Of a stretch of 64,000 bases of DNA, positions 10,717 through 21,419 are shown in pieces. Both the position numbers and the translations under genes were made by a program. This DNA is from Pelagomonas calceolata. Taxonomy: Eukaryota. The DNA is taken from positions 806,001-870,000 of the forward strand of contig CAKKNE010000003.1 of assembly GCA_918797485.1 (NCBI GenBank), read 5' to 3'. Position 1 is the first letter of the stretch; every line of letters starts with the position of its first letter. The notes beneath the pieces were generated by a model. It was not told the DNA's origin, did not search any database, and worked only from the letters and a program-made list of their open reading frames with translations.

Positions 10717-11540
10717 CTAGTTCGTCGCGCGCCAGTACGAGAGGACGTGCCACACGACTCCGTTGTCGCCGAGCCGCGCGAGGAAGTTCAGGACGGAGTC
10801 GTCCGTCGACAGCTTGCCGCGCTGGGCGAGGCCGCGGACGGTTAACACGTCCCGGTGGAAGCTCCGTGCGTAGCGCTTGTAGCTTCCGTGTTGGCGGACG
10901 CCGGCGATCTGTGTGGAAACCGAGACAACATCGCGTCGATGGCGTGAGGCGGGCGCCTGAAGTTTGTGATTTTCGCACAGCCGGCGACGAGGCGTTTGAT
11001 CGCGCACCAGTGCTCGTTCCTAGCGACTTCAGGCAGGATACGTTCTTTTCTTTGAATGACATCCTCGGCGCTTTTTTTGTTGCGATGACACGCGTCCAGT
11101 GAAGCACCGGCTCGTAGAAGCTCTGTGATTATTGACTCGGACGGTCCAACGCGCCGCATGATTGCAAGGTAGAGCGGCGTGTCGCCGTCGGAGTCCCTAG
11201 CGTTTACATTCGCCCCAGCTCCGAGCAAAAGAGACAGTATTTCCAAAATAGATTGACGTTCCCCGTACCCCCTAACAATTTCATGAATCACTGTCTCTCT
11301 TCCGCTGTCGGAGCGGGTCACGAGGGTGACGTCCGCACCGAGAGCAATGAGATGCCGCGCCAGGGCGACATGCCCGCCACCTAGGGTACGGTGTTCCATG
11401 TTTCCGCAGGCGCAACAATGAAGTAGCGTAAAGCCGAATTCATCGAAGTCGTCTATTGACCCGCCCGCGTCGAGCCACGCCATAACTCTGTCTTTTTCTG
11501 CATTTTGGGCGGCGTCGCCGATTGCATTCGGAAGGACCAT
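10717..11540 (-). CDS. Ankyrin-repeat protein of an expanded family; join 11540..10989,10908..10717
   Basis: Ankyrin repeats (GANVNARDSDGDTPLYLA). Splicing out the introner restores KRL|IAGVRQHGS, collinear with the paralog at 47183. Confidence 0.85.
10909..10988 (-). mobile_element. Introner element (80-nt intron)
   Basis: TIRs CTGTGTGGAAA/TTTCGCACAG (10909..10980); 8-bp TSD CCGGCGAT/CCGGCGAC; GT donor lies in the TSD and AG acceptor in the TIR. Confidence 0.85.
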
Positions 11541-11921
11541 TCGCGACGAGGCGGTGACTTTTAGCGCCGCAAATGAGGCTCAATATCAATTTATAGTAAT
11601 TTATACTCAGGGTCAAATTGATTGCCACTCTCTTGGGCCCGTGGCGCCCGCACCGATCACACCGGCCGCTTAGAACAGACACACGACTGGACGTCCCGCA
11701 ACCAGCCCGGCGCCGTACCAGGCGCCGTACAGGAAAATCGACATAGGAGAATCGGGCTAGCGTCATGTAAGACACTAGGCATCCGAGTGCTCCGGCTACA
11801 CTTGCAGGCAAGCATCGATTGCGTGTTGAATCACGCGCGTCGCAGAGGCATTAGTCATAATTCATCGCAGATCGCAAGATCGCTGCATAGTTGCATCGCT
11901 GCGGGAAACCATATAGCAGCA

Positions 11922-13055
11922 ATGCCGCGATGGCGCCTCTCCATGCTAGGCCTGGCACGCGCGCTGCAGCACACGACGCCGCGACGGCTGCGCACGACGC
12001 TGAGCGCCGAAGCCGCCTACGCGGAACTCGTCCTCAAGACGAACCGCGACGCCGACGTGAGCGCGGAGTCGCTCAGCGAGCTGCTCATGGAGTGTGCCGG
12101 AGCGCTGTCCGTGAGCGCCTCCGACGCGAACGCCGGCACGGCCGACGAGGAAGCCATCTTCGGGGAACCACCGACGGATCTAGACGTTTTTTTGGATGAA
12201 GATCGATGGCGGTCCGAGGCGTACTGGCAAAGCGCGGAGGTGCGGGCGTTGTTCGCGTCTGAAAGTGATGCGCAAGCGGCGCTACGATTCGTCGAGAACA
12301 CACTTGGCGCAGAAGCCGTCGCCGGTTCAAAGATAGACGACCTCGCGAAGGATGTCGACTGGCTCGCCGTGCAGGAAGCTGCAAGACCGGTCGTCACGGT
12401 CGGCGAGCTCGAGATTCTGCTGCCCTGGCACGAGACGTCGTCCGACCCATCAGTGGCCTCGAGGCAATTGAGGGTCGAGGGCGGCGCCGCCTTCGGGACC
12501 GGCGAGCATCAAACCACAAGGATGTGCTGCGAGTGGCTGCAAGAAACGAAGTTCCCGGCGTTTTATACGATGTGCGACTACGGCTGCGGTTCCGGTATTT
12601 TGGCCTTGACGGCGCTGCGGTTCGGGGCCGCGTGTGCCGTGGGTATTGACATCGATCCCGATTGCGTCAAGGCGGCGGAGCGCAACCGGGCGTCGAACGG
12701 CTTCGGGGTCAATGAGGCGCGGTTCTATTTACCATCATTAGATGCGGGCGGCGACGCGTCGTCGATAGCGTACGTGAACAAGCGCTTCACGTCGGCGCCG
12801 GAGGGCGTGGCGCCGTTCCCGGAGGGCGAGCTGCCCTGCGACGTCGTCGTGGCGAACATCCTGTTGCGGCCGCTCCTGGCGCTGCGCGACACCATTTTAG
12901 CTAAAGTGCGGCCGGGCGGCGCCCTGGCCATGTCCGGCGTGCGCGTCGACCAGGTCGACGACGTGCTAGGGGCCTACGCTTCGTCCTTCGAGACGGCGGC
13001 GGTCGACCGAGAGGTGGACGGCTGGGTCCTGATCGCGTGCCGGGGTAAGTTGTAG
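11922..13055 (+). CDS. prmA: Ribosomal protein L11 methyltransferase (probably organelle-targeted)
   Basis: AFGTGEHQTTRMC, DYGCGSGIL, GIDID, VVANIL. Confidence 0.9.
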   Translation: MPRWRLSMLGLARALQHTTPRRLRTTLSAEAAYAELVLKTNRDADVSAESLSELLMECAGALSVSASDANAGTADEEAIFGEPPTDLDVFLDEDRWRSEAYWQSAEVRALFASESDAQAALRFVENTLGAEAVAGSKIDDLAKDVDWLAVQEAARPVVTVGELEILLPWHETSSDPSVASRQLRVEGGAAFGTGEHQTTRMCCEWLQETKFPAFYTMCDYGCGSGILALTALRFGAACAVGIDIDPDCVKAAERNRASNGFGVNEARFYLPSLDAGGDASSIAYVNKRFTSAPEGVAPFPEGELPCDVVVANILLRPLLALRDTILAKVRPGGALAMSGVRVDQVDDVLGAYASSFETAAVDREVDGWVLIACRGKL

Positions 13056-13058
13056 TAA

Positions 13059-14498
13059 CTATTTCTTCTTCTTACCCTTCCCGCCGCCCCGCCCACCGCT
13101 CTTCGCCGTCTTCTCGAGGTACTTCCCCAATTGTTTGTACTCGCCCTTCGAAATATACCCAAGGACCTTGTTGTCCTTGATGGGACAGCCGTCGCATTTT
13201 ATCGACTTGAGCTTCTTGCACTTGGCTAAGGTTGCTGGTAGTGATGTCAACTCCTTGTTCTCGTTCACGGTCAACGCTTCGAGCTTCGCGGCGTCGCCGA
13301 TGGCGTCGGGTAGCTCGGTCAACAAGTTCGAGCCGCAGGATAATGTAACTAAGCGTTTGAACGATGCAAACGGTAATTCGATGGAAGTAACTTGGTTCGC
13401 GTCGAATTGTAATGTTACGAGGTCCACGCATTTGTCCAACGATTGGATGGACGTAAGTTGGTTCCCGGAGACGTCGACGGCCTCGATTTTGACAGGCATA
13501 CTTGATGGAAGCGCTTCCAACTTATTTCTAGAAGCGTCGAGCGACTTGAGGGGCAATGATCCTATTGAATCAGGCAGTGCCGTCAACGCGTGGCCAGGAA
13601 CAATTAAGTGAGTTAGATTCGACATGCGGGCCAAGCCAGTCGGTGAGAGATATGTTAATCGTGGCCCCAGTTTGAGAGATAACCGATTCACCGTGTCGCA
13701 CCAATATAACGCAGGATCCACAACAGTCTGAGGTTCATCTGGCCCGGCACAAGGTAACAGTGGTAAGTCATCATCAGACTCCCTCGAAATGGTCAACTCG
13801 CAGATCGGTTTCAAGTCACGGACCGACTGGGCCCACTTGCCCACCTCGGGCCACGTTTCGTCAGGTCTACCCTCCTTGAATTCGCCCCTTTCCACACCTT
13901 GTTCTTCCTCTTCCTGAGAAGGCGGAGGAGGCGGCATGACGCTCCCGGCCCGCTCCTTCGCCTCCAATTCTCGCTTCTTGAGCTTGGACCGCTGCGTCTT
14001 CGTCAAGCCATCGACGAGCTCCTCCTCATCTTCACTTTCAGTTTCGGGCTCGACCATCCACTCGTCGATGATCGCTTTGGCCTTTGGCGTGGCGACGTCA
14101 TACACCGTTCTTCCCTTATGGTCCTTCTTCTTGATACCAGCATCTTTTCTTTGCTTGTCTACACTTAACCACGCATCTAGGAGCTGAGAGACGCATTTCT
14201 GGCCGTTCGGCGCCTGCGCGGCCATGTGGAAGCACGTCTCGCCCGTGTCGTCGTCCGTTAACTCTAAGCACTCTCTTAATTGGGCTAACCTACGCTCGTA
14301 CCAGCGGATCATCTCGCCCAGGGATTTGTCCCGTCCTGCAGCGCAGGCGATCATGAACGTCGTCTTGCCCTCGTCGTCTCTCGTCGCGGGGGCCACTCCG
14401 GCATTGGCCAAACCCCAGCGCACCGTCGGCAGCTTCTGGTTGAGGATCGCTCCAAACAGCTGGGCCTTTTTGTCGCCGCCGCCGCCCTGGCGGCCCAT
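13059..14498 (-). CDS. Ankyrin-repeat plus leucine-rich-repeat protein
   Basis: N-terminal ankyrin-like GKTTFMIAC and GETCFHMAA; C-terminal LRRs (LKSLDASRNKLEALP). Confidence 0.85.
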   Translation of the reverse strand: MGRQGGGGDKKAQLFGAILNQKLPTVRWGLANAGVAPATRDDEGKTTFMIACAAGRDKSLGEMIRWYERRLAQLRECLELTDDDTGETCFHMAAQAPNGQKCVSQLLDAWLSVDKQRKDAGIKKKDHKGRTVYDVATPKAKAIIDEWMVEPETESEDEEELVDGLTKTQRSKLKKRELEAKERAGSVMPPPPPSQEEEEQGVERGEFKEGRPDETWPEVGKWAQSVRDLKPICELTISRESDDDLPLLPCAGPDEPQTVVDPALYWCDTVNRLSLKLGPRLTYLSPTGLARMSNLTHLIVPGHALTALPDSIGSLPLKSLDASRNKLEALPSSMPVKIEAVDVSGNQLTSIQSLDKCVDLVTLQFDANQVTSIELPFASFKRLVTLSCGSNLLTELPDAIGDAAKLEALTVNENKELTSLPATLAKCKKLKSIKCDGCPIKDNKVLGYISKGEYKQLGKYLEKTAKSGGRGGGKGKKKK

Positions 14499-14919
14499 GG
14501 TCTTTGCTGTTTGTGCGTCGCTGTTGCGGCAAGCGCTCGTGCGCTGCACGAAGCGATCGCTGCGCTGCTGTTTCGCTGCGTGACGATGCGTATGCTGCAC
14601 AAATGTCGCAGCGGTGACGCCTTGGTTATCGGGCGAGGCGAGGCTGTGGCTTTCCTAGTGTCTTTACAGGCCGCTAAGGTCAGATAGTGACAGCCGTCCT
14701 CGACAGGTCGCACCACGACAGGTCGCGCCGGGAAGACGCGCGGGTTAGCCATCATCAATATTTGACAGACAACCGCTGTGCGCGCAGCACGGTCGAATCC
14801 GTACGCGTCGGGACGTGGCTGCAGTCGTGCACGCCAGGAAGGCGGTCCTGCGTTGCGACTGGTTGCGCTGCCTCGCGCGGGCTGCCATTCGTGGGGGCTA
14901 GGCAGCCCCACACACCACG

Positions 14920-16983
14920 ATGCCATGGCGGGCGGCCGCGGCGCCGCGGTGGGCCGTGCTCTTCGCCGTCGCGGCGACGGCGCAAGACGCGCGGGACTTC
15001 GACTTCTGCGGCACGTATGCCTTTTCCGAGTGGACGAATTTTAATGGCGTGCCGCCGGACGAAGGCGGCTTCCAATTTGCGGCGACGGACCCGATAACAG
15101 GGGCTGGGTGCCGCGCGAGCACGACGACGGCGGACGGGAACGCGATCTGGCTCACTGACGACCAGGAGCTGGAAGATGAAGAAGAGGATGGCGAAGAGGA
15201 ATACTCAGACTACTCTGTGGAGGTTACTGGTAGACCGGAGATCACCGGGGAGGCCGGCGGGTGGGCGGTGTTGCTGCGTGCGCACGGCTGGGACCCTGAT
15301 TGTGTGTGTGGTGTCTCGTGCTTCGGAGCGTCATGCCCATCTTACGAGGCCTACGCGTGCACGGTGAACACTTTCGACTGCACGCTGACACTGTCGGGAG
15401 GCCTCACGTCGGGTGTGGGCCTCACATCGGAGGAAGGCCGCTTTGTCCTCGCTTCCACAGAAATCACTGATTGCGCAGACGAGGCCGCATCGCCGGAGCT
15501 CTGGAAGCTCTACGCATTCGCCGTCGAAGATGAGCTCGGCTGCCAAGTCACGCTGCCGTCGGGCGCGCGCTTTTCGGTCGACGACAAAGATGGTGCTTAC
15601 GAGATCGGCGCGGTCGGCATCGCCGGCGCGGGCGTGGGCCATACGTTCGCCAGTGTCAGTATCGTCGCCCGCGAGGATACTTGGTGGCCACCTACGCCGG
15701 CACCGACCGCGCCCTCGGCGAAGCCGACGGCGCTGCCATCTGCTAGGCCCGCGCCGGCGCCGACGCCGCGGCCATCGCCGTCGCCGAGCGCCGCGCCTGA
15801 CGAGCCGACGCTGCAGCCCGTTCCCAGCCCGACGCCACGGCCCAGCTCTCAACCAACTTCCCGGCCCACGCCAGCGCCTTATCCGGCCCCGAGCGCAAAA
15901 CCGACGAATCCGGCGCCGTCGCCGGCACCCAGCGCCAAGCCGACTCCAGTGCCGAGTCCACGGCCCTCAGAAGCACCCACGCGGTCGCCGACGCGGCGCC
16001 CGACGCCGGCGCCGAGCGCCACGCCCGGCAGCCCGACGGCGGCCCCGGTCTTCGCCCCGACGCCACGGCCGACGCCCGCGCCGACGCCGAGGCCGTCCTC
16101 CGCGCCGACGACGTCAAGGCCGACGACAGCCACGCCGTCGGCGGCGCCCACCGTGACCGCCGCGCCGTCGCTCAAACCGACACTGCCCCTGTCATCCTCC
16201 AACAAGAACGCCCCGCAAGCCGACGCGGCGAGCGGCGGCCAGGCTGCCGCGGGCGTCCTCGCGGTCTTCGCCATCTTCGCTTGCGTTGGTGGGTGTTACT
16301 ACATGCAACGACGGCGGAAGCCCAATCCACTCAAAGATAATGCTGACGAGGCGGACGCGGCGCACGTGGCTTTGAGTTTAGAGGCCGACGACGACGAGGA
16401 GGCGCCGCTCCCGCCGCCGCCCAAGCGGAGAGAGGCTGCTCTAGCTAAAGCGGCGCCCCCGGCCGAAGCGAAGAAGGTGAAGCACCACCGCCGCGACGAG
16501 CCCAAGGAACTGGAGCCCCCCCAATATGAATATGCGCGGCGGCCGCGCTCGCCGCGCAAGTCGCCGCGCAAGCCGCCGAATCCCAACTGGCACCCCGTCG
16601 TCCACAAGGCGGCCCAGACGCGGGAAAAGGGCGAGGCGGCGCTCGACGCGCTCGAGGACGCGGAGCGGCGCGGCGACCGCCGGGCCGCTGAGTCCGCGCG
16701 CCAGGCCGTCGAGGACCACGCCGCAGAAGTCGCGGAGCACCGGCGCATCCTGCAGGCCCACGTCGACGAGAAGCGGAAGGCTCGCGCGTTGAAGAAGGCC
16801 GCGGCGGCCGAGAAATTGATTAGATTACGCGAGGAGCTCGCCGCGGCGCGCGCCGCGGCGGCGAAGCCCAAGTCCTTAACGGCGTCGCACGCGCGGCTCC
16901 GGTCGGCGCTGCGCCAGCGCGACGACCTGGACTCGTCCGAGGCGTCTTCGTCGGAAGAGGACGGCATGGAGCTGGGGAGCTAG
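14920..16983 (+). CDS. Type I membrane protein with Cys-rich ectodomain, Pro/Thr/Ser-rich stalk, TM helix and coiled-coil tail
   Basis: Signal peptide; PTPAPT/PSAKPT repeats; GVLAVFAIFACVGGCYY followed by RRRK. Confidence 0.8.
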   Translation: MPWRAAAAPRWAVLFAVAATAQDARDFDFCGTYAFSEWTNFNGVPPDEGGFQFAATDPITGAGCRASTTTADGNAIWLTDDQELEDEEEDGEEEYSDYSVEVTGRPEITGEAGGWAVLLRAHGWDPDCVCGVSCFGASCPSYEAYACTVNTFDCTLTLSGGLTSGVGLTSEEGRFVLASTEITDCADEAASPELWKLYAFAVEDELGCQVTLPSGARFSVDDKDGAYEIGAVGIAGAGVGHTFASVSIVAREDTWWPPTPAPTAPSAKPTALPSARPAPAPTPRPSPSPSAAPDEPTLQPVPSPTPRPSSQPTSRPTPAPYPAPSAKPTNPAPSPAPSAKPTPVPSPRPSEAPTRSPTRRPTPAPSATPGSPTAAPVFAPTPRPTPAPTPRPSSAPTTSRPTTATPSAAPTVTAAPSLKPTLPLSSSNKNAPQADAASGGQAAAGVLAVFAIFACVGGCYYMQRRRKPNPLKDNADEADAAHVALSLEADDDEEAPLPPPPKRREAALAKAAPPAEAKKVKHHRRDEPKELEPPQYEYARRPRSPRKSPRKPPNPNWHPVVHKAAQTREKGEAALDALEDAERRGDRRAAESARQAVEDHAAEVAEHRRILQAHVDEKRKARALKKAAAAEKLIRLREELAAARAAAAKPKSLTASHARLRSALRQRDDLDSSEASSSEEDGMELGS

Positions 16984-17262
16984 TAGTAACGAATGTGAAA
17001 CTTTTTTTGAACGCTGCCGTGATGAACATTGCCGCATCTCGCGCGCCGCCACGCGAGTCGTCGCCTGGACGAGCCCGGGGTGCTCTGAGAGACGGGCGCC
17101 GCTTAGACGCGCGGCGCCGCCGATGAATCCTAGCACCACCGTAACAGAATGTCGCGTGCCGACCATACGCCGTCGCCGCGAGAAGTCACTAGTAGACGGA
17201 AATATTAGGTCTAGGCGCCGCCACACCGTTCAACACGCGCGGCACCGGGCGGAACTGCCCAT

Positions 17263-17798
17263 TTAGGACGTGTCCTTCTTGCAGGCCATGACGTGCTCCT
17301 CGCCCATGGCCTTCACGACGGCGAGGATGAGCGAGTCGCCGGCGTCGAAGCCCTCGCGGATCGACTTGACGAGCTCTTCCGGGCGCTCGGGCATCTTCAG
17401 GTCCTCGCGCGTCTCGCCGCCCTCGTCCATGAGCGAGAGGTAGTCCTCGTCCGTGATGTCGAGGAGCGTGTACTCCGAGCGGAAGACGTTGGGCACCGTC
17501 GTGCCGTGCGTCGAGGGCACGATGTCCTCGAGCTTCTTGCCCGTGAAGATGTCGGTCGCGACGAAGTTGCACCTGTGAGATGTATCCTGGGCTTTCGCAT
17601 GCAAAGCGGATAGAGGACGCCGGCGTCCGACTTGGCGTGGCCGTGCTTGCCCGTCTTGGACGTCGAGACGGAGACGACCTTGCAGGGGCGGTTCTTGATG
17701 ACGATGTAGCCGCCCTTGCGGATCTGGCCGGCCTCCATCGGGATGACCTCCGACGCGCCGGCGTCGGCGTTCTCGAACGTCTCGTCGGCGTCACCCAT
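17263..17798 (-). CDS. EIF5A: Translation factor eIF5A; join 17798..17632,17572..17263
   Basis: Hypusine motif [12 protein letters not shown]; a 59-nt GT-AG intron (17573..17631) restores [12 protein letters not shown]. Confidence 0.97.
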
Positions 17799-18346
17799 GG
17801 TTGATTTTTGCTAAATAACACGCCGACCGGCAACTGCTCCTCGAACAACCTGTGTTGGGGAGATGGTTAGAGAAAATCTTGTTGCTGCCGTTTTATCGCG
17901 ACCGGCAACTCTCGGAGTCACTGCGATGCGCGCCGCCGTGCGAGCTTTCGTATGCCGCAATTGTTTAAACAAAAGCAGCAGCTCTTGCTGACGCGCTTCG
18001 CGAGCAAACTGAGCGGAATCGTTCTGAGCGTTGTCGTAGCAGCGGCTACAGACACACGCGAAGGCACCAATCTGGTCAGCGGAGCGACGGACGCGGAGAG
18101 CCGCACGAGACTTAGCCTCGCCGGATGGTGACTGCAGAGGACGTCCTTGGGAGCCTGAGTGGTTCTCCAGAGCAATCAAAAGACGCCTTTGGAGCCCCGA
18201 ATGACGTATGCGGACAAAAAACCGGATTTGGCTGTGCGCGCGGGTTTTCGCGGATCTCGTCCAGATCGTCGTCCTGCCAGTCTAGAGAACGGTTAAGCCC
18301 AAGAATACCGCTAGAGCTCAGGATTTCTATATGCGCAACCGCAAAA

Positions 18347-19084
18347 TTACACCATAACCATCCGCCGCGGCGCCACGCTCGACTGCAGCTGGGACAGCGC
18401 GCGCGCGATGGCGCACGGCCCCGGGTCGCGACCACAGTCGTCGAAGTCGAGCTCGTTTCTGGTGTCGTCGCCCGGCGGCCGTGGCGGCTGGTCTTCCAGG
18501 AGCTCCCGCGGCGGACTCTTCGGCGGCGACGGCACCGCCGGAGGCGTCACGGGCGCCGCGGGCACGGGGCTCATGCGCCCCGACGCGGCCTTCGCCGGCG
18601 ACGGCTCAACCACAACACACTCGTCGTAGAGCAGCGCGTCGCGCACTGCCCAGCACGCGCGCGGCGCCAGCGTGCCCCACGCCGCCAGCTGGACGACCTC
18701 GCCGAGCCAGGCGTCGAGGGCCCGCGCGCGGGCGCGGTCCGCGGCCGCCGCGTCGACCGGTGTACGAAAGAACTTCGCCGCGAGGCGGCGCGCCGGCGAC
18801 GGCGGCGCGCAAGGGAACGGGCTCTTCACCAAAGCCGCCTGCTCTCCCAACTGCCGCCGCAGCTCCTGGAACGCCGCGAAGGGCATCTGCTGCGTCGCGC
18901 GCAGCCGCCCGGGTCTTGCGCAACGGACCACAAAATAACGCGCGTCTCCACACAACCGGCCCGTGGACACGCGCGCCTCCGTGGCGGTGTCGAGGCAGTA
19001 GGCTTCTTTAAAGTCAGCGTCGTCGAGGCGCGTCAGCTCGGCGGCATCGCTGGCTTGGTTTCTCTCGAGCCGGTCTAGCTCCAT
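18347..19084 (-). CDS. PX-like domain protein
   Basis: YFVV...F..FQELRRQL...PFP..P......R.RALDAWL resembles a phox-homology fold. Confidence 0.5.
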   Translation of the reverse strand: MELDRLERNQASDAAELTRLDDADFKEAYCLDTATEARVSTGRLCGDARYFVVRCARPGRLRATQQMPFAAFQELRRQLGEQAALVKSPFPCAPPSPARRLAAKFFRTPVDAAAADRARARALDAWLGEVVQLAAWGTLAPRACWAVRDALLYDECVVVEPSPAKAASGRMSPVPAAPVTPPAVPSPPKSPPRELLEDQPPRPPGDDTRNELDFDDCGRDPGPCAIARALSQLQSSVAPRRMVMV

Positions 19085-19451
19085 TGTGTTGTCCTTGTCT
19101 TGTGGGCTGCCCGGCAGCGAAACGGCAGGTCGCAGGCCGCAGAGAATGATGATGCCGCGCTAGGATGCCGTTGCGAAGTGTGTTCGCGGGCTCCGATGCG
19201 CGTAAATGCTGCCCTCGCAAGGGAGAGGCTGCAGGCTGCCTCCTCGGGAAAACTGAGGAAGTTGAACCAGAGGAGGGGGCATACCTCTCCCCGCAGTCCT
19301 CCCGCGGACTGGAGTCGAGTACTAGCGGTCGCGGCACGTAGGCCTGCGGTGGCTTATTCGGTGGTTCGTATTGACGCCGCGTCCTCCGAGGGGCGTTCTA
19401 CCCCCACAGCACGCCATCGACGCGAGGTCCGTACTCAGACACACACACACA

Positions 19452-20717
19452 TTACACATCCCTCACCCACCTCAAAGCCTGGTCCACGGCCTGCCGCGCC
19501 TCGACATTGGAGGGAGGCGGCGCCCACGCGCGGCCGCACGCGCCCTCGGCCCAGTCGAAGCCCCCTCCACTTGTACGACCGAGCAGCAGCACGGCGTTCG
19601 CGACGCAATTGATGTTTTGCTCGCGGTAGTTCGCGAGCCACGCTTCCGATTGGGCGCCTCCTCTCCTTTCCGCGACGGCTTTTGGTGACGTCCGCTCCGT
19701 CAACACATCGTGGACGACACAACACCGCGCATGCATGGCGCCGCCGCTCGCCCAGGCCAGGGCGACCTTCGCGAAGAGTGTTTCTGGAGGGCCGTTCAGC
19801 TCGAAGACGCAAGCTAACAAACCGTCCTCCGCGAGATGCTTTGAAGCGTACGTGACGACATCACAAAGAACGGCGTAGCCGTCGGGCCCGCCGGCCGCGA
19901 AGGCGTCGTACGACAACGATGAAGGCGTGGCGACGTAGGGCGGGTTCGCGAGTATGAGGTCGTAGGTCCCATCAGCAACATCATTGACGCGGTCCACGAC
20001 CACGTCGCCCTCCACACAATTCAGCGCGCCGTTGAGCCGGCAGAACGCCGCGGCCCGGGCCTCGGCCTCGACCCATCTGATGGATGCGGCGCCAGCGCGC
20101 GTCGCGACGAGGCCCTGGATCCCGGAGCCGGCGCACACGTCCGCGACGCGCTTGCCTTTGGCCAGAGACGACGCGAGGTCCGCGAGCGCGAGCGAGTCGG
20201 GGCCCAGGTACATGCACGGCTCCTCGTCCGTGATGAGGCGCTTCTCGGGCGGCCAGTCGGTCAGTATATATAAGTCGTCGCCCGTGTCGCGCAGCGCACC
20301 TACCGGCGCGACCATGCACCGCGCCGTCATGTCCTCGGCGAGCAGGGGCGCCACGGCGTCGTACGTCGCCGCCGAGAGCTCTCCCTTCTCCACGCTTAGC
20401 CCCAGCGCGAACAACGCGATCAACGCGTCGACTTCGTCGTCGCGCGGCGGCGCCCTACCTTCCGGTGTGCGCCTCAAGACCTGGGTCGGCGCGGCGGCCG
20501 CGGCGACGGGCGTGCCGCCTAGGACGCGAGCGCCGAGCGCCCGCGACGTGTAGCCCGCGTTGCGTAGAGCGTCGCGGATCGCCCGCGCATCGACAATAGC
20601 CTGTGGCGGCGGCGCCTGGCGGAACGACTCGAGGAGCCACGCGTTTGTGAGAGTCGCCAGGAACAAGTAGCGCCTGCGCGTGGACGCGTCGGCGGCGATA
20701 GAATGGCAGCCGTTCAA
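19452..20717 (-). CDS. Class I SAM-dependent methyltransferase (HemK/MTS-like); true start probably on an upstream mini-exon
   Basis: MYLGPDS, DVCAGSGIQG, YDLILANPPY, GGPDG. Acceptor CGCGCAG at 20674; a possible ATG at 20871 with a GC donor at 20866 would give MPRYLFLATLTNA. Confidence 0.85.
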   Translation of the reverse strand: MNGCHSIAADASTRRRYLFLATLTNAWLLESFRQAPPPQAIVDARAIRDALRNAGYTSRALGARVLGGTPVAAAAAPTQVLRRTPEGRAPPRDDEVDALIALFALGLSVEKGELSAATYDAVAPLLAEDMTARCMVAPVGALRDTGDDLYILTDWPPEKRLITDEEPCMYLGPDSLALADLASSLAKGKRVADVCAGSGIQGLVATRAGAASIRWVEAEARAAAFCRLNGALNCVEGDVVVDRVNDVADGTYDLILANPPYVATPSSLSYDAFAAGGPDGYAVLCDVVTYASKHLAEDGLLACVFELNGPPETLFAKVALAWASGGAMHARCCVVHDVLTERTSPKAVAERRGGAQSEAWLANYREQNINCVANAVLLLGRTSGGGFDWAEGACGRAWAPPPSNVEARQAVDQALRWVRDV

Positions 20718-21419
20718 TGCGAAGCTTCTCTCGCGGATCAGCTTGAAAACTATATATAATCTTTCTCCGAGTCACCGGGCGCAGCGCCTGATGCGATGCT
20801 GCGCGCCCTCGGCTTTGGCTGTTGTGCATCAGCTCCGGTCGACGGTTTTTTTGATTTTTTGGACGCGGCATCGTACAGCATCCTGCACGCCTATTCGCGA
20901 GCGCTAGCGTTGTGAAACGATTGATGCGCGGATTGGCGGCAACTTTAATGGGCTGCACCCAGCAAGGTTGCGTGTTGCACAGCTGTGACTGCACAGATGA
21001 GCCAGCCGCTGCCCGTACGAGTCCTGGAGAATACGACGATGCTACCGCTTCAAGCGCACCACGTATAGAGCCGTCAGACGAGGTTTCAGAGCATCGGCCG
21101 CTGCTTACTAGTATGTTAGTGCCGCTAGCTATCGACGCGCGCTCAAAGCCACAGCGTGGTGGACCTTCCGGCCTCGATAGAGCGCTGTACAACTGGCGCA
21201 GACCGCTGCGATTTGGTCGCGTCGAGCCGTCTCTCTGCCAGACGCCTCTACAAGCCAGGAACCGCTCCACGACCGTCTGCGCTGTTGCCGCGCGCGCGGT
21301 TGCGTACGTCGCGCGTAACCGCTCCCCGCGACTGCTCTGCGCTTGCGCAGCCGCTGCGAACCGTAACCGTCACGCGCCTTGCGAGCCAGGCGCCTGGACG
21401 CGAGTGAACGCGCGAAACG

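Noticed and set aside
15690..16190. Tandem repeat or mobile element
   Set aside because: It is a coding Pro/Thr/Ser stalk of a surface protein.
20912..21400. 227-aa ORF upstream of the RING gene
   Set aside because: No recognisable motif; it lies in a divergent promoter region that contains the CTAG motif variant.
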